64,000 bases of DNA from Candidatus Tectimicrobiota bacterium (GTDB lineage Bacteria; JACPUC01), in contig JACPUC010000003.1 in assembly GCA_016192455.1 (NCBI GenBank), positions 124,001-188,000 on the forward strand, read 5' to 3'. Below are positions 1-9,274 of this stretch, piece after piece. Numbering within the stretch: the first letter of the stretch is position 1; the number at the start of each line of letters is the position of its first letter. Made by a program: the position numbers and the translations under genes. A model generated the notes under the pieces. It searched no databases and was not told the DNA's origin. It saw nothing but the letters and a program-made list of their open reading frames with translations.

Positions 1-2076
1 GGCACCATGTCGGTGCGGCGCAGCAGCGAGCAGCCGATGTTCGAGGCCTCGGAGCTGGCGCTCCTCGAGCTCCTCTGCGCCCAGGCCGCCGTCTCCATCC
101 GCAATGCCCAGCAGCATGAGACCCTCGAGAAAGCCGAGGCGCGGCTGCGCGATCTCTACGACCACGCGCCCGACCTCTACCACTCGCTGGACCGCAACGG
201 CGCCATCCTGGGCTGCAACCAAACCTATGCGGATACCCTCGGCTACACCAAGGAGGAGCTCATCGGCAGCTCCTACCTCGACCTCGTGGCGCCGGGGGAG
301 CGCGAGGAGGCGCTCAGCAACGTGCGGAACATCTTCGGCAGCGCCACGCCGATGCGCATCGAGCGCACCATGGTGCGCCGGGATGGCTCCACCTTGACGG
401 TGGAGGTGAAGCGCCGGGCGGTCCTCGACGCCAGCGGCAACGTCGTGCGCACCGACACCCTCCTGCGCGACATCAGCGACCGCAAGCGGGCGGAGGCGGC
501 GCTGCGCGCCAACGAGCTGCGCACCGGGCTCATCCTCGATAACGTCATGGACGCCATTGTCACGACCGACCGCGCCTGCGCCATCATCTCGTTCAACCGC
601 GCCGCCGAGCGCATCTTTGGGTACAACGCCGCCGAGGCCATCGGCCAGAACGTCATCAGCCTCCTGCTGGCGCCGCGCCTGCAAGCCGAGTACGCCGCGC
701 ACCTGGCCAACTACCTGCGCACGGGGGAGCGCCGCGTCGTGGGACACCCGCGGGAGACCGAGGGACAGCGCCGCGACGGCTCGATCTTCCCGATGGAGCT
801 GGCCGTCTCCGAGCTCGAGCTGGACGGGCACCAGCTCTTCATCGGCATCCTACGCGATATCAGCGAGCGCAAGCAGGCCGAAGCGGAGCGGCGGCACTTG
901 CAAGCGAAGATGCAGCAGTCCCAGAAGCTGGAGAGTCTCGGCGTGCTGGCGGGGGGGATTGCGCACGACTTCAACAACCTGCTCATGGGTGTCATGGGTC
1001 ACGCCAGCCTGGCCCTGATGGAGCTCCCTCCCGAGTCGCCGGCGCGGCAATCCATGCAACAGGTGGAGACGGCGGCCCGCCGCGCCGCCGAGCTGACCAA
1101 CCAGATGCTGGCGTACTCGGGGAAAGGGCGGTTCATCGTGCAGCCACTCAACCTCTCCAAGCTCGTCGAGGAGATGGCGCATCTGCTGCAAACAGTGATC
1201 TCCAAGAAAGCCGTGCTGCGGTTCGACCTGGCGAAGGACCTCCCCCCGGTCGAGGTGGATGCCACGCAGGTCCGCCAGGTGGTCATGAACCTCATCACCA
1301 ATGCCTCCGACGCCCTCGACGGCGCCACCGGGGTGATCACCCTGCGGACGGGCATCTTCGAGGCCGACCGCGCCTACCTGTCGCGGACCTACCTCGATGA
1401 GGAGCTGCCCGAGGGCCGCTACGCCTACATCGAGGTCGCCGATACCGGCGCGGGCATGGACCACGACACGGTCGCCAAGATCTTCGATCCCTTCTTCAGC
1501 ACCAAGTTCACCGGCCGCGGCCTGGGACTCGCCGCGGTGCTCGGCATTGTGCGCGGTCACCAAGGAGCGATCAAGATCGACACCAGAAAGGGCGTCGGCA
1601 CGACGATCCGCATCCTGCTCCCCTGTCAGGACCGCGCCGCCGAGGCCGGCCTTCCCGAAGAGCCGAAGCCCGCGGCAGGCTGGCGCGGCAGCGGCGCCAT
1701 CCTGGTGGTTGATGACGAGGCCGCGGTGCGCTCCATCACCCAGCGCGCCCTGGAGAAGTTCGGCTTCACCGTCCTCACCGCCGAGGATGGCCGCGAGGGG
1801 GTCAAGCTCTTCCGCGCCCACGCCGACGAGATCGTTGTGGTGCTGCTGGACATGACGATGCCGAACATGAACGCCGATGAAGCCTCGCGCGAGATGCGCC
1901 GCATCCGACCGGCGGTGCGCATCATCCTGTCCAGCGGCTACACCCAGGATGACGTCGCCGCGAAGTTCCCCAGGGACGCCCTGGCGGGGTTCATCCAGAA
2001 GCCCTACCTGGTGATGGACCTCGTCGCCAAGGTGCGCTCGGTTCTGGAGCAGCCACCCGGCCCATCGCCGTCGTGA
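1..2076 (+). CDS. Hybrid sensor histidine kinase/response regulator (GAF remnant-PAS-PAS-HisKA-HATPase-REC), 5' end probably outside window
   Basis: Frame open from base 1. Two PAS/PAC repeats, H-box LAGGIAHDFNNLL, N-box NLITNA, DTGAGM, FFSTKFTGRGLGL, C-terminal receiver (VVDDE...LLDMTMP...QKPY). Confidence 0.92.
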   Translation, partial: GTMSVRRSSEQPMFEASELALLELLCAQAAVSIRNAQQHETLEKAEARLRDLYDHAPDLYHSLDRNGAILGCNQTYADTLGYTKEELIGSSYLDLVAPGEREEALSNVRNIFGSATPMRIERTMVRRDGSTLTVEVKRRAVLDASGNVVRTDTLLRDISDRKRAEAALRANELRTGLILDNVMDAIVTTDRACAIISFNRAAERIFGYNAAEAIGQNVISLLLAPRLQAEYAAHLANYLRTGERRVVGHPRETEGQRRDGSIFPMELAVSELELDGHQLFIGILRDISERKQAEAERRHLQAKMQQSQKLESLGVLAGGIAHDFNNLLMGVMGHASLALMELPPESPARQSMQQVETAARRAAELTNQMLAYSGKGRFIVQPLNLSKLVEEMAHLLQTVISKKAVLRFDLAKDLPPVEVDATQVRQVVMNLITNASDALDGATGVITLRTGIFEADRAYLSRTYLDEELPEGRYAYIEVADTGAGMDHDTVAKIFDPFFSTKFTGRGLGLAAVLGIVRGHQGAIKIDTRKGVGTTIRILLPCQDRAAEAGLPEEPKPAAGWRGSGAILVVDDEAAVRSITQRALEKFGFTVLTAEDGREGVKLFRAHADEIVVVLLDMTMPNMNADEASREMRRIRPAVRIILSSGYTQDDVAAKFPRDALAGFIQKPYLVMDLVAKVRSVLEQPPGPSPS

Positions 2077-2240
2077 GGCGCAGAGACGCTGGAGTGGCGG
2101 CCGCAAGCCAACGCGCCGGCTCCCCGGAACCGCCGGCGCCAGGGCGAGCGCCGGCAGCTTCAGGAAGACCTGCGAGCGTGGTGGAAATGGAAGGAAGGAG
2201 GATGTCCCGAGCCTGGGCGCCTCCTGAGCTTCCGCGAAGG

Positions 2241-2267
2241 AATAAAAAAGCGCCGCTGTCGCGGCGC
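2241..2267 (-). terminator. Rho-independent terminator
   Basis: Minus strand GCGCCGC-gaca-GCGGCGC followed by TTTTTTATT. Confidence 0.8.
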
Positions 2268-2302
2268 CTTATACCTCTCGTTCGAGGTAGGGGTAGCTTC
2301 TC

Positions 2303-2440
2303 TCACCTGCGAGGAAGCGTCACCATGCTCTCTGTTCTGCGAGCACCCTGACCAGCGCTGACATCCACGCCGATCAGGGGGAATAGCTCAACTTGCAGGA
2401 CTCCGTTGAGCAGATGAACCCTCACAGTCCTGTCGTTCAT
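2303..2440 (-). CDS. Possible 45-aa small protein (MNDRTVRVHLLNG...)
   Basis: ATG preceded by purine-rich AAAAGGGGGTG. Lies inside the structured transcript; no recognisable domain. Confidence 0.3.
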   Translation of the reverse strand: MNDRTVRVHLLNGVLQVELFPLIGVDVSAGQGARRTESMVTLPRR

Positions 2441-2550
2441 GCACACCCCCTTTTCTCTGGCACTGGGAAAGCCCCATCTCCAACGGCTTTCCATCACCCA
2501 GACAGTCAACCCAACTCAGCAGGCTTTCCCAGTGCCATTTCTCTACAAGT

Positions 2551-2579
2551 AACCTAGAATCCAGCTTCACTCCCGTCAA
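2551..2579 (-). promoter_or_regulatory. Sigma70-like promoter
   Basis: TTGACG-N17-TAGGTT on the minus strand. Confidence 0.6.
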
Positions 2580-2703
2580 GAGGGGGCCTCTGAAATTCGT
2601 CCCCCCCGCGGTCCATCCCAGCGCACGCTGTTGGGCCGCGGGGAGCTCGCGCCGCCACCCCGCCTGGCGAGAGCGCGAAGAAGCGTGCCACCGAGGCCGG
2701 GCA

Positions 2704-2732
2704 TTGCCAAGCGTCCAAGCCCCGGGTATACT
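2704..2732 (+). promoter_or_regulatory. Sigma70-like promoter for the PqqC/CADD-like gene
   Basis: TTGCCA-N17-TATACT. Confidence 0.65.
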
Positions 2733-2858
2733 CCGCTTGTCACAGTAGGTACTTGAGAACCTCGCGCCCGCCTCGCGGCAAGGGCGGCTCGCCCGCCAGG
2801 AGCCCTGCTCCGGCACGAGATTTCTCCTCCGCTCCGAACTGCAAAAGGGGGGCTTGGA

Positions 2859-3608
2859 ATGGCTCTGCTTTCACCCGAAGCCTTGATCGCCGACCTGAAA
2901 ACGACGCTGCGCACGCGGCACCCGCGGCCTCATCCGGTGCGCGGTCTGCTCCTGCAAGGGAAGTTGACCAAAGCGCAGCTCCACGTCTGGGCCAAGAACC
3001 AGTTCCACGAGTTCCGCAACATCCACCGCTTTTTCGGGGTGCGCTACCTGAAGTGTCCCATTCCCGAGCTGCGGCGCGGGCTGATCGAGAACATCGTCGA
3101 GGAAGAGGGGGAGGACCTCTTCGGCGGCAAGTATCCCAGTCATGCGGAGCTGTGGACGCGCTTCGGCGAAGGCATGGGCATCCCGCGCCAGGAGATGCTG
3201 AGCTACGAACCGCTGCCCGGCGTGCGCGCCGCCCTCGAGATGTACGTGAAGCTCGTCGAGCAGAGCCACTGGGTGGTTGCCATCGGCTCCGGCATGGTCT
3301 TCGAGGGGGAGGGCCCCGAACGCATGCGCGAGGAGCGCGAAGCCCTGGAGCGGCACTACCCGTGGATTCCGTCGGAGACGCTCGACTTCTTCCGCGCCCA
3401 CGAGTATCACGACGAGGGGCACGGCAACTTCATCCTCGAGGTGCTTGGCGCGTATTGCATGGAGGAGCACCTGCAGAACGAGATGCGCGAGGTGGTGAAG
3501 TTCCGCACCGACACCATGTGGCTGCAGAATGAGAGCATCTACGGGGCCATCGGCAGCCCGGCGTACAGCCCCGAGTCGGCGCGCCAGCCCGCCCTCAGCC
3601 GCGCCTAA
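2859..3608 (+). CDS. TenA/PqqC/CADD-like iron-containing redox enzyme (heme-oxygenase-like fold)
   Basis: HP...GKLTKAQLHVWA N-terminus, ENIVEEEG...SHAELW, FFRAHEYHDEGH metal-ligand pattern. Confidence 0.75.
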   Translation: MALLSPEALIADLKTTLRTRHPRPHPVRGLLLQGKLTKAQLHVWAKNQFHEFRNIHRFFGVRYLKCPIPELRRGLIENIVEEEGEDLFGGKYPSHAELWTRFGEGMGIPRQEMLSYEPLPGVRAALEMYVKLVEQSHWVVAIGSGMVFEGEGPERMREEREALERHYPWIPSETLDFFRAHEYHDEGHGNFILEVLGAYCMEEHLQNEMREVVKFRTDTMWLQNESIYGAIGSPAYSPESARQPALSRA

Positions 3609-3744
3609 GCGTGGAGTGCGGAAACGCCGCGGAGGCGCCGTTGGGGCGCGGCGCAATCGCCGACAACGGCGGCGCTTCCCGCTGACGCAAGAGGCGGCGT
3701 GCCGCGGCGGCTGCGGCGGTGTGGGAGAGAGGAGCAGACAGGGC

Positions 3745-4308
3745 ATGATATTCCGCGGCTTCTTCGGGGGAGATCGAAAGAAAGAGGAGGACTTCGACCC
3801 GCTGGCGGACCTGGCGCTGGAGAACATGAAGCTCGGTTACCTGGTGGACTACGACATGAAGACCTGGGAGGTGACGGCGCGCCATTGCTACGACTGGGGC
3901 GAGGGTCGCTCCAGCCAGGAGTGGGAGCTGCGCAGCGCTGACGAGGTCATCTACCTGGAGCGGGAGGGGGACGACGACGCCGAGTGGTGCGTGTCGCGCA
4001 AGGTCCGCGTCGCCGACATCACGCCGGACGTTCGCCGCAGCATCGCGGCAAGCGACGATCCTCCCGAGCGGGTGACCTTCGAGGGCGTGGCGTACGAGCT
4101 GGAAAGCGACCGCGCCGGCTACTTCCACCGCAACACGCCGCGCCTCTCCGAGGCGAAGGGGCAAGGGCAGCAACTCATCACCTGGAGCTTCATCGACGCC
4201 AGCGGGCAGCGTTTCCTCGCCCTCGAGCAGTGGGGGGAGCGCGAGTTCGAGGCGGCGGCGGGCAGCGCGGCGGAGGAGTTTCAGTTCAACCACATCCTGC
4301 CGCGCTAG
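3745..4308 (+). CDS. DUF4178-like domain protein
   Basis: GYLVDYD..TWEV..YDW...EW.L, ditto W.F.D....LALEQW pattern; GAGGAG RBS upstream. Confidence 0.65.
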   Translation: MIFRGFFGGDRKKEEDFDPLADLALENMKLGYLVDYDMKTWEVTARHCYDWGEGRSSQEWELRSADEVIYLEREGDDDAEWCVSRKVRVADITPDVRRSIAASDDPPERVTFEGVAYELESDRAGYFHRNTPRLSEAKGQGQQLITWSFIDASGQRFLALEQWGEREFEAAAGSAAEEFQFNHILPR

Positions 4309-4489
4309 TAGCATGTCCCCTACGTTCCATCACCTAATTCTGAGAGGGGACCTTCTCCCCAACCGCGCCCGCGGGGACTGATCGTAGGGGCGGGGCTTGC
4401 CCCGCCCGCAACCTCAGTCTGGGAAGGAACCGTGTCTCCTCGCGCGCCCCGGCTGCAGCGTGCGCCCTGGGGTTGGGACGCCGCCGCGG
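4305..4489 (-). mobile_element. REP-containing MITE-like element, copy 1 (inverted, shortened)
   Basis: About 4320-4455 is the reverse complement of about 10950-11085. Starts at CTAG, which is the stop codon of the upstream gene. REP GTAGGGGCGGGGCTTGCCCCGCCC at 4384-4407. Confidence 0.7.
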
Positions 4490-4520
4490 CAGGGACAAGA
4501 CGCGCCGCGGGGGGGCGAAC

Positions 4521-5060
4521 ATGTCCGTGACGCCGCCGTTCAATTTTCAGAAGTGGATCGAGGAGAACCGCGAGGCCTTGAAACCCCCCGTGGGCAATAA
4601 GGAGGTCTATGCTTGCGGCGACTTCATCGTGCAGGTGATCGGCGGGCCGAACCGTCGCAACGATTTCCACATCGACCCCGGCGACGAGCTCTTCTACCAG
4701 GTGCGCGGTGAGGTGGAGGTGATCTACCTCGACGAGGATGGGCGGCGCCAGGTGGCCCACCTGCGGGCCGGGGACCTGTGGCTCTGCCCGGCCTGGGTGC
4801 CGCACAGCCCGCAGCGCGGTCCCCATACCGTGGGCTTGGTCGTGGAGCGCCGGCGGCTGGAGACCGAGCAGGACCGCTTCGCCTGGTTCTGCGACGCCTG
4901 CAACTCCCTCATCCACGAGGTGTCGCTGCGCGTCACCGACATCGTCGGCCAGCTCAAGGTCATCATGGAGGAGTTCTACGCCAGCGACGCCATGCGCACC
5001 TGCAAGAAGTGCGGCGCCGTGCTGCCGGCGCCCAAACCCCGCGGTCTCCCTTCGTCGTAG
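4521..5060 (+). CDS. nbaC: 3-hydroxyanthranilate 3,4-dioxygenase
   Basis: FNFQKWIEENREALKPPVGNK, GGPNRRNDFH, VPHSPQR, and rubredoxin-like Cys pairs CDAC/CKKC. Confidence 0.92.
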   Translation: MSVTPPFNFQKWIEENREALKPPVGNKEVYACGDFIVQVIGGPNRRNDFHIDPGDELFYQVRGEVEVIYLDEDGRRQVAHLRAGDLWLCPAWVPHSPQRGPHTVGLVVERRRLETEQDRFAWFCDACNSLIHEVSLRVTDIVGQLKVIMEEFYASDAMRTCKKCGAVLPAPKPRGLPSS

Positions 5061-5355
5061 CGCGATACCCTTCGAGAAGCTCCCCGAAATTCAATGCGGA
5101 CGGCATGATCCTCTGTTTCCTGAACGGGTTCGCGCCACGAGCGCCGCCCCCCAACCAGGGCAACGCCTCCCTCCCCGTTCGGTAGCCATTTGAAGACGAC
5201 GGTCGCACTCGCGCCCGCCTGCGCGCCGCATACAGACAGGCCGCCCCCCGCAAGCCAGCGCCGCCCTCCTCCAGCAGCCGCATCTCCTCCGCGCAAGGCG
5301 CCGCCTGTCGCAATGCGGCTCTGCCGCGCCTGAGCAGCTTTGGGGGATGAACCGC

Positions 5356-5385
5356 TTGACGCATGTTCTGGCTGATTGATATAGT
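5356..5385 (+). promoter_or_regulatory. Sigma70-like promoter with extended -10 at head of plus-strand catabolic arm
   Basis: TTGACG-N18-TATAGT with TG two bases upstream of the -10. Confidence 0.6.
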
Positions 5386-5468
5386 CACGCTTCAGCGTTG
5401 GATGCGACAAGGACCTCTTTCCGTCGCGGCAGGCGGCGGCGGGCGGGGCCTCCGCGGGGGAGGTGAGG

Positions 5469-5741
5469 GTGGAGCAGGTGTCGGGGCCGGGGATCAAGCC
5501 GCTGACAAGCGCCGAACTCTTCAAGAAGGTCCACCATCTCTGCGGCCGGAAGCGCCTGCATGTCGGCTTGTTTGTGGACCTGGAAACCGACGCGCGCTGC
5601 GATGAGAGCGGCAACATCCAGCTCCTGCGTCGCATCACCGCCTTCCGCCAATGCACCCACAACGACGGCTGCCTGCAGACCTGCGTGGAGATCGACCACC
5701 TCCGCCAGGCTCTGATTCGAGGGCAGCTTGCAGGATCATGA
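5469..5741 (+). CDS. Small Cys/His-rich hypothetical protein (~90 aa)
   Basis: GGAGG RBS before GTG, GC3-biased codons, downstream of a promoter. Start could be 5463. Confidence 0.6.
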   Translation: MEQVSGPGIKPLTSAELFKKVHHLCGRKRLHVGLFVDLETDARCDESGNIQLLRRITAFRQCTHNDGCLQTCVEIDHLRQALIRGQLAGS

Positions 5742-5874
5742 GGCGCAGGCTTCCACGGCCGGCTGCGTCGGGCCGGTCGCCGTGTCGGGTTCGGCGCGCC
5801 TGAAGCGCGGCGGCGGGCCGCTGGGCCCGACGGCTCGGACGCCCGGCGCGGAACGTGAAAGGAGAGCACCAGGA

Positions 5875-7746
5875 ATGGCCAACACCGAGAACAAGGTGGG
5901 GATGGATCCCATCACCTTCGAGGTCTTGAAGAACGCCTACATGAGCATGTGCAACGAGGGGACCCGCCTGATCGAGCGGGTGGCGTACGGGCCGGTGATC
6001 ACCGAGGGGCACGACTACTCGGTGTCGCTGCTCACCAAGGACGGGCGCATCGTGGCGCACGGCCCAAATGACCTGGCGCCGCACTTCGGCACCTTCGAGG
6101 CCTCCATGCGCTACATCCTGGCGAGCATCGGCGGGGCGGAGAAGCTCAAGCCGGGTGATGTCTACTGCTGCAATGAGCCGTACACCGCCGGCACCCACGC
6201 CCAGGACATCCGCTTCGTGCGGCCGGTCTTCTACAAGGGCGAGCTGGTGGCGATCACCATGGCCCTCTGCCACTGGACCGACGTCGGCGGCCCCATGCCG
6301 GGGAGCTTCAACCCCAAGGCCGTCGAGTGCTTCGCCGAGGGGCTGCAACTGCCGGCGATGAAGATTTACGAGAACGACGAGCCGGTGCGGCACACCTTCG
6401 AGCTCATCCGCCTCAACGTGCGCGTGCCGCACGACCGCATGGGCGACATCGCGGCGCAGTACCAGGCGGTGCGCCAGATGGAGCGGCGCATGTGCGAGTA
6501 CGTCGAGCGCTACGGCCTGGCCACCATCTGGCAGAGCTTCGAGGAGATCATGGACTACACCGAGCGCCTCTTCCGCGCCGAGGTGGAAACGCTGCCGGAC
6601 GGATCGTACGAGTTCGTGGACTACGTGGACCAGGACGAGGGGCAGGAGGGGCGCCCGCCGGTGAAGGTGCACTGCGTCATGAGCATCGCGGGGAGCGACG
6701 TCACCTTCGACTGGAGCGGCTCCGACCCCGTCAGGGGGCCCAGCGGCGTCACCTTGCCGGCCTGCCACAGCGCCACCTTCAACGGCACCCTCAACATGTT
6801 CCCGCACCTGCTGCCGCTCAACAACGGCATCATCCGCTCGATCAAGGTGGTGACGAAGCCGGGGACGGTGACCCACGTGGTGCGCCCCACGCCGGTGGCC
6901 GGCTACTGCAGCGGCGCCTACGAGAAGGTCAACTGCGCCACCATGGGGGTGTGGGCCAAGGCGTTCGCCACGGTGAACCCGAAGCAGATCACCTGCGGCA
7001 CGGTGAATTTGCAAAACTGCGTCACCGGCGGCGTCCATCCGAAGACCAAGGCGCCCTACGTCTCCTACGTCTGGCTGGAGGGGGGCCAGGGCGCCCACCC
7101 CGACGCCGATGGCAACAGCTTCGCCATGATGATGTACGCCGGCGGCGCCTCGAACCAGCCCTGCGAAATCCACGAGCGCTGGTACCCGCTCCGTTACACC
7201 GCCGTGGAAGCGGTGCAGGACTCCTGCGGCGACGGCAAGTTCCGCGGCGGCTACGGCATCCGGCGCGACTACGAGATGTGGGGCGACGGCGTCCTCTCCA
7301 TCCACGGCGACCGCGCCAAGATCACCCCCTTCGGTCTGGCGGGCGGCAGCAACGGCGGGCCGAACCAGCTCATCCTGAACCCCGGCGCGAAGAACGAGCT
7401 GAACCTCGGCATGTACGCCACCGGCATCAAGCTCAAGGCCGGCGACCGCCTCGCCTTCAGCTCCAATGGCGGCGGCGGCTTCGGCAACCCGCTCGAGCGC
7501 GAGCCGCGCGGCGTCCTGGAGGACGTCATCGACGAGTTCCTGTCGCTCCACAAGGCGCGCGACGTCTACGGCGTGGCGATCCGGGTCATCGACAAGGACC
7601 TGGCGCGCTACGAGATCGACGTGGAGGAGACGAAGCGCCTGCGGGCGGCGCTGGCCGGCAAAAAGCGGCCCACCGGCTACGGGCCCTGGGAGGTCCATCC
7701 CTACGGCTCGCTCCCCACGCTCGCCGAGGGCGGCACGGGGAGCTAG
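5875..7746 (+). CDS. Hydantoinase B/oxoprolinase family protein
   Basis: MDPITFEVLKN, NEPYTAGTHAQD, HWTDVGGPMPGS, GDGKFRGG, GGGGFGNPLER motifs. Confidence 0.92.
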   Translation: MANTENKVGMDPITFEVLKNAYMSMCNEGTRLIERVAYGPVITEGHDYSVSLLTKDGRIVAHGPNDLAPHFGTFEASMRYILASIGGAEKLKPGDVYCCNEPYTAGTHAQDIRFVRPVFYKGELVAITMALCHWTDVGGPMPGSFNPKAVECFAEGLQLPAMKIYENDEPVRHTFELIRLNVRVPHDRMGDIAAQYQAVRQMERRMCEYVERYGLATIWQSFEEIMDYTERLFRAEVETLPDGSYEFVDYVDQDEGQEGRPPVKVHCVMSIAGSDVTFDWSGSDPVRGPSGVTLPACHSATFNGTLNMFPHLLPLNNGIIRSIKVVTKPGTVTHVVRPTPVAGYCSGAYEKVNCATMGVWAKAFATVNPKQITCGTVNLQNCVTGGVHPKTKAPYVSYVWLEGGQGAHPDADGNSFAMMMYAGGASNQPCEIHERWYPLRYTAVEAVQDSCGDGKFRGGYGIRRDYEMWGDGVLSIHGDRAKITPFGLAGGSNGGPNQLILNPGAKNELNLGMYATGIKLKAGDRLAFSSNGGGGFGNPLEREPRGVLEDVIDEFLSLHKARDVYGVAIRVIDKDLARYEIDVEETKRLRAALAGKKRPTGYGPWEVHPYGSLPTLAEGGTGS

Positions 7747-7877
7747 GGCCGGACATGCGACAGCCCGACTCGCGGGGCGAGGCGGGCCGCGGTGGCAGAG
7801 CGCGGGGGGTGCGCGCAGGCCGGCGCCCGAAAGCCAGCGGATTGGCGCCGGCCTCGGTCTGCTTCGGAGCGTAGCGC

Positions 7878-9218
7878 ATGGGCTATGGGGCGTACTTCAA
7901 CGAAGCCGTCGAGACCATGGAGCCGGCGAAGCTGCGGGCCATGCAAGAGACGAAGCTGCGCACGCAGCTCAAGTACAACGCCAAGCACTCCTCCTTCTAT
8001 CGCGAGAAGTTCGCCGCCGCCGGTCTCGACCCCCTCGACGTGACGACCATCGAGGACCTGGCGCGCCTCCCCTTCACCACGAAGGATGAGCTGCGCGACA
8101 GCCAGCTTGCCCAGCCGCCCCTCGGCACGCACGCCGCGGCGTCGATGGAGCGGGTGATCCGCGTCCACTCCTCCTCCGGCACCACGGGGCGGCCGAGCTA
8201 CGTCGGCATCACCGCCCACGACCGCCGCGTCTGGACCGAGGTGGTGTCGCGCGTCTACTGGTGCGAGGGGGTGCGGCCGAACAGCATCGTGGCGATGGGG
8301 TTCGGCATCGGCTTCTTTGTCGGCGGCCTCCCCCTGCACGATGCCGTCGAGAACATCGGCGCCACCTTCCTGCCGATCGGCACGGGCGCCTCGGACCGCC
8401 TCCTCTCCTCCTGCCGCGACCTCAACGCCGACATCCTCACCTGCACGCCGTCCTATGCCGCCTACCTGGCCGAATACGCCCAGACGAAGATGCGCCTCGA
8501 CCCGAAGAGCGTCGGCATCCGCCGTATCCTCTGCGGCGCCGAGCCCGGCGGCGGCGTGCCGGGCGTGCGCCGGAAGCTCGAGGAGCTGTGGGGCTGCGAG
8601 GTGACCGAGGGGGTCGGCAACGCCGACATCATCCCGGTGTACGGCGCCGAATGTCCGCAGCGCTCCGGCAACCACGTGCTCTGCGGCGACGTCGTCATCC
8701 TCGAGATCATCGACCCGCGGACGGGCAAGGTCATCGAGCCCGCCGAGGGGGTGACCGGCGAGCTGGTCGCCACGCACATCGAGCGCGAGTGCGTCCCCCT
8801 GGTGCGCTTCCGCAGCCGCGACCACATCCAGGTGTGGACCGCGCCCTGCCCGTGCGGGCGGACGAGCTGGCGCCTGCGCATCATCGGCCGCACCGACGAC
8901 ATGCTCATCCTGCGCGGCGTCAACGTCTGGCCCTCGGCCATCAAGGATGTCATCTCCTCCATGCGGCCGCGCACCACCGGCGAGGTGCGGATTCTCCTGC
9001 GGGCGCCCGGCCCGCGCGTCGACCCGCCACTGCGCGTGCAGGTGGAGCACGGCCCCGGCGTTGACGATCCGGCGCACCTCAAGCGGGACGCCGAGGAGCT
9101 GCTGCGGGCCAAGCTCGTCTTCACGGCGGACGTCGAGGTGGTGGCGCCGGGAGCGCTGCCGCGCTACGAGATGAAGGCCCAGCTCATCCAGAAGCTCTAC
9201 GAGGCGCCGGCGCGTTGA
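7878..9218 (+). CDS. Phenylacetate-CoA ligase (PaaK) family protein
   Basis: LPFTTKDELR, HSSSGTTGRP, TPSY, GAEPG, GRTDDMLILRGVNVWPS. Confidence 0.88.
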   Translation: MGYGAYFNEAVETMEPAKLRAMQETKLRTQLKYNAKHSSFYREKFAAAGLDPLDVTTIEDLARLPFTTKDELRDSQLAQPPLGTHAAASMERVIRVHSSSGTTGRPSYVGITAHDRRVWTEVVSRVYWCEGVRPNSIVAMGFGIGFFVGGLPLHDAVENIGATFLPIGTGASDRLLSSCRDLNADILTCTPSYAAYLAEYAQTKMRLDPKSVGIRRILCGAEPGGGVPGVRRKLEELWGCEVTEGVGNADIIPVYGAECPQRSGNHVLCGDVVILEIIDPRTGKVIEPAEGVTGELVATHIERECVPLVRFRSRDHIQVWTAPCPCGRTSWRLRIIGRTDDMLILRGVNVWPSAIKDVISSMRPRTTGEVRILLRAPGPRVDPPLRVQVEHGPGVDDPAHLKRDAEELLRAKLVFTADVEVVAPGALPRYEMKAQLIQKLYEAPAR

Positions 9219-9274
9219 CGGGCCCCCACGACGCGGCGGGCGGTCTCCGCGCGCCCGCCGCTGGATGCTCCCCG

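Larger units (their letters stand above)
2241..2544 (-). ncRNA. Candidate ~300-nt structured RNA (sRNA or small-protein mRNA)
   Basis: Bounded by a sigma70-like promoter (2551-2579) and a terminator. Tiled by seven consecutive stems, including a perfect 16-bp stem 2458-2473/2522-2537. Confidence 0.55.

Noticed and set aside
2455-2540. Cobalamin riboswitch (GCACTGGGAA resemblance)
   Set aside because: The motif is one arm of a perfect 16-bp stem; other conserved B12-element parts and B12-related downstream genes are not seen.
2859-3608. Naming the gene pqqC
   Set aside because: No other pqq genes nearby and the similarity is only at family level.
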